NCBI GenBank assembly: GCA_965204745.1
Contig: OZ242010.1
Coordinates: 1,504,001-1,568,000, forward strand
DNA length: 64,000 nt
Source of the DNA: Candidatus Latescibacterota bacterium
GTDB taxonomy: Bacteria; Latescibacterota; UBA2968
Direction of reading: 5' to 3'
In this document: positions 58,130-64,000 of the stretch, piece after piece
Layout of the letters: each line of letters opens with the position of its first letter
Position numbering within the stretch: the stretch's first letter is position 1
Program-made: the position numbers and the translations under genes
Notes under the pieces: model-generated
What the model was told of the DNA's origin: nothing
Databases searched by the model: none
The model's input: only the letters and a program-made list of their open reading frames with translations

Positions 58130-59326
58130 CTATTTTCCCAACACCTGGGCAATCGCCTCGCACAATGGCCCCACATTATCCCGCGTGATGCCCGCCACAT
58201 TGATCCGCCCCGAACCGACCATGTAGATCGAAAACCGCTCGCGCAGGGCATCCACTTGTTGCGGGGTCAGCCCGGTGAGCGAAAACATGCCCCGTTGCTG
58301 TGCGATGAACGAAAAATCGCGCCGCACCCGGTTGGTCTCGAGCGCATCCACAAACAGGCGGCGCATGCCATTGATGCGGTCGCGCATGGCCTTGACTTCG
58401 TTCTCCCACTGTGCGCGCAATTCCGGATCCATAAGCACGGTTCGCACGACTTGCGCCCCGTGCGATGGCGGGTTGGAATACCCGGTGCGAATGCAAATTT
58501 TGATGTGGCTCATCGCCTTTTCAACGGCCCCTGCATTTTCCGACACAATGGTCAACGCGCCCACCCGCTCGCGGTACAGGCCAAAATTTTTGGAAAACGA
58601 ACTCGCCACCAACAACTCGCCACCGGGCCGGCTCAATGCCCGAAGCCCAACCGCATCTTCCGCAAACCCATTGCCCAAGCCGCGATAGGCAAAATCCACG
58701 AGGGGAATGATGCCGCGCTCTGCGATCACGTCGGCAATGCGCGTCCACTGCTCGGCAGAGGGATCGACCCCGGTCGGATTGTGACAACACCCGTGCAACA
58801 CCACCACGTCACCCGCGGGAATTTGCCCGAGATCGTGGATGAAGGCGTCAAAATTGAGACCGTGAGACGCGGGGGCGTAATACCGGTAGGTGGATGTCGG
58901 CACGACCGCAGAGTCAAAAATTTTCGGGTGATTCGCCCAGGTGGGATCGCTGATCCACACGCGGGCCTGGGGAAAGTGCTGGTGGATAAAATCGCCCGCA
59001 ATCCGCAACGCGCCGGTGCCGCCCGGGGTTTGCGCCGTGCGTACCCGCCCGCGGGTCACAATCTCGTGATCCTCGCCCCACAACAGGGCCTGCACGGCTC
59101 GGTTATACGCCTCATCGCCATCGATGCCCAAATAGTTCTTGGTGTCTTCCTGCGCGAGCAGGCGTTCTTCCACTGTTTTGACGCATTCCAAAATGGGCGT
59201 CTTTCCATCGCCATCTCGGTACACGCCAATGCCGAGGTTTATCTTGTTGGGGTTCGCGTCCTTTTCGTACGCGTCGGTCAACCCCATAATGGGATCCGCA
59301 GGTGCCATTGCCAACGCTTCAAACAT
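58130..59326 (-). CDS. aspC: Aspartate/aromatic amino acid aminotransferase (class I, AspC-type)
   Basis: APADPIMGL, QTPGGTGAL, HGCCHNPTG, SFSKNFGLYRERVG and GRINVAG. Confidence 0.9.
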   Translation of the reverse strand: MFEALAMAPADPIMGLTDAYEKDANPNKINLGIGVYRDGDGKTPILECVKTVEERLLAQEDTKNYLGIDGDEAYNRAVQALLWGEDHEIVTRGRVRTAQTPGGTGALRIAGDFIHQHFPQARVWISDPTWANHPKIFDSAVVPTSTYRYYAPASHGLNFDAFIHDLGQIPAGDVVVLHGCCHNPTGVDPSAEQWTRIADVIAERGIIPLVDFAYRGLGNGFAEDAVGLRALSRPGGELLVASSFSKNFGLYRERVGALTIVSENAGAVEKAMSHIKICIRTGYSNPPSHGAQVVRTVLMDPELRAQWENEVKAMRDRINGMRRLFVDALETNRVRRDFSFIAQQRGMFSLTGLTPQQVDALRERFSIYMVGSGRINVAGITRDNVGPLCEAIAQVLGK

Positions 59327-59474
59327 AATGCCTCCGTAGAGATCGGGATTTCGGAATTTCGGGATTCGCAGCCGAAGATACACACGCACGCGATAAAATG
59401 CAAACATGCCTTAGGCGATCTGCGGTTGGGTGGTCAGGTGGCCCTCTTGCCTCTTACCTCTTGCGTCTTACCTC

Positions 59475-62357
59475 TTACGCCTCAAAAGAAATATGTCGTT
59501 CCGTGTGTTGGCAAGAGCCTTCGTTTTTGCCGCGGTAATTTTTGCACCCCCAGAATTGACCGTAAGGCCCTCGGCGTTGCACCATGTCTGCGCCGCAGGC
59601 CGGGCACAGGGGTAGCCATGAGTCGCAGGCCGGATCGAGACAGACCTTGAAGCGGTCGACGCGCTGCATGGGGTTGTCGCACTGTTGGCATCCGTTTTCG
59701 GCGTGTTTGCACAAGGGGTAATGGCTGCATCCGTAAAACACCCCGGATTTTCCCTGTCTGGCGACGAGTGTGCCGGTCTCGCATTTCACGCAAGAAATGA
59801 GATTGGCGGATGTTTGCGTCAAAGGCGTTTCAAACTCGTCGCGTTCCAAGGGATAGCGGTTGTCCAACAACTCGGTCACGAACTCGGACGCCGATGCCAT
59901 ATCGACAATCAAGTACACGCGCTGTTTGGCGCGGGTCAGGGCGACGTAAAACAACCGGCGTTCTTCTGCCTGGGGAAATTCATCGGCCTCGGGCAACAGG
60001 ACTTCGAGCAAGGGATGGGACATTTTCTGCGAGGGAAACCCGTATTGACCGCGTTCAAGCCCCAAGACGACCACGTAATCCGCTTCCAACCCCTTCGCGC
60101 CGTGAACCGTGTTCGACTCGATAGACAGGCCGGGGTATTGCCTTTGCAATGCGGTCAATTCGACCGGGGCCGGCAAGTTGAAATGAAACCGGCTGAGCAA
60201 ATAGACCGAACTGCCTTCTTCGGCCTGCGCGGCGATGTTCGTCAGCACGAGGTGCAGGCGATCATCTTCGGTGCGCGGCTTTTCCCGACGCAACAGGGAG
60301 ACCGCGGGGCGTTTGACGGTGGCATACGTGGTCAGGGTTTTTTTGACCTGCGCCGGGTTTTCGAGTACGAACCGAGAGGCGATGTCGCAGATGCTGTTGT
60401 TGAACCGAAAGGTCTTGTTTAGAACGGTGGTTTTGGTCGGCCCGAATTTTGCCTCGAATGCCGTGGTGAACCGAATGTCGCTGCCCGTAAAGCGATAAAT
60501 GGATTGCCAATCGTCGCCCACGCAAAACAGGGAACACGCATCAGCGGATTTTTTTACGGCGTTGACGAGGCGCGCCCGCGGCTCCGAGATGTCCTGAAAC
60601 TCATCTACGAGAATATATCGCCAGGGCGAGACAAAGCGGTCGTTTTCCACGTACTCGAGTGCTTTGCCGATCATGTCGTCAAAGTCGATGTGCTCGTTTT
60701 TTGCGAGGAAGGCTTCGTACGTCTCGCACAAGGGCAACAGAATTTTTAGGGCGTGCTGAAGCTGATCGGAGTCGATGGTCCGAAGTTGATCCGGACCGAG
60801 CAAACTGTTTTTGTAGCGGCGCAGCAAATCCGCGAGCAGTTGGGTCAACTCGCCAACCGCGCCAAATTCTCGCAGGGTGTCCAGCATCTCGTCTGGGGGT
60901 ACGGGATCAAAGGTCACGCCGGCCCGTGTCAATTTTTCTTTTAATCCCGTGAGCAAGGTGCCCTCGGTCCGTTCGTAAGAATGGGTTTCGATGAGGCGCG
61001 TGCCGTGCTTTTTGTGGAGGTCGCGTTTCCACGCCATATCGCGGTGGTATTTCCGCTTATCGACATAAGACGCGGTGTTGCCATTGCGGTCAATGCCGAA
61101 GTGCTCGATGTAGATACCGCACTCGGGCAGATAAAAATCGGGCTGGTATTGCCGAAAGTTTAGCCCCCGCGTCTCGTGTTCATAAGCGGCTTCGTATTGA
61201 TAGTCGATGCCGAGTGCGAACAGGTGATTGGCGATCAAACACTCTTCGAGGCTTTTGACTCGTTCCCCCTTGAGGGTGCGGATCTCATTTGCAAGAATCT
61301 GCTCGAAGTACTCGCCTTCGGTTTCAAAGTCAAAGGGGTTGACCGCTGGATACAGGTAATAACCGAAATAATCGAGAACCAATTGTTTGTAGCTCGGCTT
61401 CGCCAGCATCTCCTCTAACCACTGCTCGACATGCTTTCTCAATAACGCGCCGTCTTCTGCCAGCGGCGAGATCGAGGGCCGTGCGTTTTCGACTGACGCG
61501 ATGATGTCCATGCCCAGTTTGTGGAAGGTGCTGGCGACAATGCCTTTTGCACCCACGCGCTCGTCCAAGCGTTCCTGCATTTCTCGCGCCGCCTTGTTTG
61601 CAAATGCCAACATGAGAATTTGATCGGGTCTGGCCTGCCCGCTGTGAATCAAAAATCCCGCACGCCCGACCATGGTGCTGGTTTTGCCCGTGCCCGCGCC
61701 GGCCAGCACCAGATTGTTGTCTTCGTCTATCACACACGCATCGCGCTGGCTCTCGGTTAGGGGGTTGTTTTCCACCTGATCGAAATAGGCTGAAAATTGT
61801 GCTTTGAGGCGGTTGACATATTGGGCACGAAACGCTTCCACATCCGGCTCTGTCCAGTGCGCGATCTGTTGGATGAGCAAAAAATCCGAATGGACAGCGG
61901 GATCCAAGCAATGCGCGGCTGGCACGGCGCGAAATTGATGGAGCATGTCCCGCGCCAATGCTTTGGCTTTCCGATAGCGAGACTGCCGCAGATAACCCGC
62001 ATTCAGCAATTTGTCGATCTCTTCAGCGCATCGCCGCACCGCAGGCGCGAGTTTTTGATCGTCTTGCAACCAATGCCGGCAATCCCGCAACCAGTCGAAA
62101 AACCCCTCCACTTCTGAGGCGCGCAATCCTTTGAGCCGCTGTGCCCCGCGATCCGTTTGCAATGCCAATTCCGAGAACAGCCGCCCGCGATGCCATGCGG
62201 TTTCTCGCGTCAGGTTTTCAATGGGCACTTTGCGGGATTCGGCGTTTCTCCGCTTCAATATCAGGCCAGCGGACGATATTGCAAGGGTCGCCTTTTTCGC
62301 GCCTAAGAGACGCGGCAGCCAGTGGGGGGTTAGGATTTTATCGTAAATTGTGTTCAT
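59475..62357 (-). CDS. DNA helicase IV-like SF1 helicase with inserted nuclease-like domain and C-terminal Zn ribbons
   Basis: LAGAGTGKT, LVDEFQD, VGDDWQSIYRF, HGAKGLE and EERRLFYVALTRA; insert PDFYL....IYIEHFG; FYGCSHYPLC and FWGCKNY. Confidence 0.88.
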   Translation of the reverse strand: MNTIYDKILTPHWLPRLLGAKKATLAISSAGLILKRRNAESRKVPIENLTRETAWHRGRLFSELALQTDRGAQRLKGLRASEVEGFFDWLRDCRHWLQDDQKLAPAVRRCAEEIDKLLNAGYLRQSRYRKAKALARDMLHQFRAVPAAHCLDPAVHSDFLLIQQIAHWTEPDVEAFRAQYVNRLKAQFSAYFDQVENNPLTESQRDACVIDEDNNLVLAGAGTGKTSTMVGRAGFLIHSGQARPDQILMLAFANKAAREMQERLDERVGAKGIVASTFHKLGMDIIASVENARPSISPLAEDGALLRKHVEQWLEEMLAKPSYKQLVLDYFGYYLYPAVNPFDFETEGEYFEQILANEIRTLKGERVKSLEECLIANHLFALGIDYQYEAAYEHETRGLNFRQYQPDFYLPECGIYIEHFGIDRNGNTASYVDKRKYHRDMAWKRDLHKKHGTRLIETHSYERTEGTLLTGLKEKLTRAGVTFDPVPPDEMLDTLREFGAVGELTQLLADLLRRYKNSLLGPDQLRTIDSDQLQHALKILLPLCETYEAFLAKNEHIDFDDMIGKALEYVENDRFVSPWRYILVDEFQDISEPRARLVNAVKKSADACSLFCVGDDWQSIYRFTGSDIRFTTAFEAKFGPTKTTVLNKTFRFNNSICDIASRFVLENPAQVKKTLTTYATVKRPAVSLLRREKPRTEDDRLHLVLTNIAAQAEEGSSVYLLSRFHFNLPAPVELTALQRQYPGLSIESNTVHGAKGLEADYVVVLGLERGQYGFPSQKMSHPLLEVLLPEADEFPQAEERRLFYVALTRAKQRVYLIVDMASASEFVTELLDNRYPLERDEFETPLTQTSANLISCVKCETGTLVARQGKSGVFYGCSHYPLCKHAENGCQQCDNPMQRVDRFKVCLDPACDSWLPLCPACGADMVQRRGPYGQFWGCKNYRGKNEGSCQHTERHISFEA

Positions 62358-62778
62358 GGCACAATGGATTTTTAATGTGTTGCTTGCTCATTTAATGCGT
62401 TTGGTCCTACAGCATCGTTGGTTGCCTCCGATGCCTTCGGCGACCTACTTTTTTTCAACAGCAAAAAAAAGTAGGCGAGCGGGGTACAACTGCCCCAGCA
62501 GTTCAAAAATGCCGCTCTCAAACGCCGAGAGGCTTGCACAGCGCAAATCGCTTTTGTAGCAGAACGACATGAGCCAGCCTGCAAAGTGGGTTGCAAGATG
62601 GACGTTGGTTGCGAGACGGACTTGCGCGCTGTGCGTGATGGCTTGATCGGAGGGTGTTTTGCGAGGGCATTTGTTGTGATGGCTTCTCTGGATACTGCGT
62701 AACAGGAGCTAAAGAAAAAAAGAAAAAGCCCCCTACTTCGGGGACTTTTCTCGGGCGACAGTGTGAATCGATGACGGG

Positions 62779-63387
62779 TTAGGCATCGATCTCGTCAAAC
62801 TCATTGATGACCCTGCCGATCAAGCCATACGATACGGCCTCATCCGGACTCATCCAGTAATCTCTGTCCGTGTCTTCCTGCACTTTTTCGAGCGGTTGAC
62901 CGGTTTCTCGGGCGTACATCTCGTTGATCTTTTGCTTGATCTTCAGCACTTCCTCTGCCGTGCGCCGAATGTCTTCGGCCACGCCTTGAAATTGCATGGA
63001 GGGCTGGTGGATCATGATGCGCGAATTTGGCAGGGCGAGTCGGTCTTCTTTTTTTGCGGCCAGCATGATCACCGTTGCGGCACTGGCTGACAGGCCCGCG
63101 CTGATCATTTTGACTGCGGGGCGGATAAACCGAATCAGGTCGTAAATCGCAAACCCGTCGTACACGCTGCCCCCGGGCGAGTTGATGAAAATTTTGATCG
63201 GCTGTTCCGGGGCTTGGTGATCCAAGAACAACAACTGCGCCGTTACTTTGGCGGTCAGTTTGTGATCCACGGGATCGGAAATTAAAATCGTGCGGGCGTC
63301 CATCAATCCCTTGCCCAGGAACTCAGTACCGGTTTGAGACGCTTCTTCGCCTCCTTCTTTGAGGATCACCTCGGCCTCACAAATCAT
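62779..63387 (-). CDS. clpP: ATP-dependent Clp protease proteolytic subunit
   Basis: INSPGGSV, SASAA, MIHQP and DRDYWMSPDEA; GGAGG RBS. Confidence 0.95.
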   Translation of the reverse strand: MICEAEVILKEGGEEASQTGTEFLGKGLMDARTILISDPVDHKLTAKVTAQLLFLDHQAPEQPIKIFINSPGGSVYDGFAIYDLIRFIRPAVKMISAGLSASAATVIMLAAKKEDRLALPNSRIMIHQPSMQFQGVAEDIRRTAEEVLKIKQKINEMYARETGQPLEKVQEDTDRDYWMSPDEAVSYGLIGRVINEFDEIDA

Positions 63388-63461
63388 CTGTTCCTCCAAA
63401 ATAAATGCGACCACAGCACCGTAAAACGAACGCTTGAATTTATCCCATCTCCCCATTCAAG

Positions 63462-64000
63462 TCAAGGGCTTTGCCGTTGGGCCGGCGCGTCTTCGGGTTT
63501 GGGGATGTTCACGAACCACGCGGCGAGGGCGACGAGCAACACGGCCGGCGCCAGCGCGTAAAACGCAGGCGCGTACGTGCCCGCAGAACGAAACACGCTT
63601 TCGAGAAACCAGGGGCCGATTGCCGACGCCAAAACCGCAAACACCTGGGCAACCCCCTGAATTTTGCCCAGATGGAGGCGACCAAAAATATCTGCCCAAG
63701 CCGCAAAAAAAATCACCGAGACCACGCCGCCCGAAAACCCGAGCAGCGCGGCGTGCCCCAGGGCTTGCCCTGTGGTCAAGAGGTGTGGAAACGCGAGCAA
63801 ATAAACGCCGACCGCCAGCATCGCAACGGTCATCAGCCTGCCCAAGGACCAATGGCGCGCGGCCCAACCGGCCAGAAAATTGCCCAATAATCCGGTCGCC
63901 ATGAACGCGGCCATCGCGTATTGAAACACGGTTTCGCCAAACCCGAGTTCGCCCAAGATCGACTGGTTGAGCAACAATACTCCTGAGATGATCAAATTGT
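63462..64000 (-). CDS. MFS transporter, 5' end beyond the window
   Basis: Hydrophobic helices; DIFGRLHLGKIQG...ASAIGP. Confidence 0.8.
   Translation of the reverse strand, partial: NLIISGVLLLNQSILGELGFGETVFQYAMAAFMATGLLGNFLAGWAARHWSLGRLMTVAMLAVGVYLLAFPHLLTTGQALGHAALLGFSGGVVSVIFFAAWADIFGRLHLGKIQGVAQVFAVLASAIGPWFLESVFRSAGTYAPAFYALAPAVLLVALAAWFVNIPKPEDAPAQRQSP

Overview
High-GC bacterial chromosomal window. The many sulfatases, TPR-array proteins and GT-C glycosyltransferases suggest a marine or sponge-associated lineage; this taxonomy is inference only. Left half (1-38.6 kb): housekeeping genes (uvrC, hisG/D/C/B, serS, nfeD-floA, tRNA-Met, tRNA-Leu) interleaved with a surface-glycosylation cluster (four GT-C/YfhO-type membrane transferases, three GT4, GT2, flippase, epimerase). 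That cluster is interrupted by inserted cassettes: a PtuAB/Septu-like ATPase+HNH pair, a frameshifted ATPase-nuclease and a small toxin/immunity-like pair; a second such pair lies just past serS. After tRNA-Leu comes an accessory region with sulfatases and a defence-like island: an N6-adenine MTase beside a restriction endonuclease carrying two in-frame stops, a TIR-TPR protein, BrnT coupled to an antitoxin-like/FRG/TPR fusion, two PaREP1-like genes, an orphan hsdS and an intact IS5. The TIR-TPR and FRG-TPR proteins share a ~48-aa C-terminal module, which is the best candidate for an under-described modular system. Intergenic DNA holds at least six nested short-repeat families, including a 28-30 bp hairpin that appears to insert into other repeats and an IS5-derived MITE. 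No CRISPR array, rRNA or reverse transcriptase was seen. All assignments come from reading motifs by eye; no searches were run.
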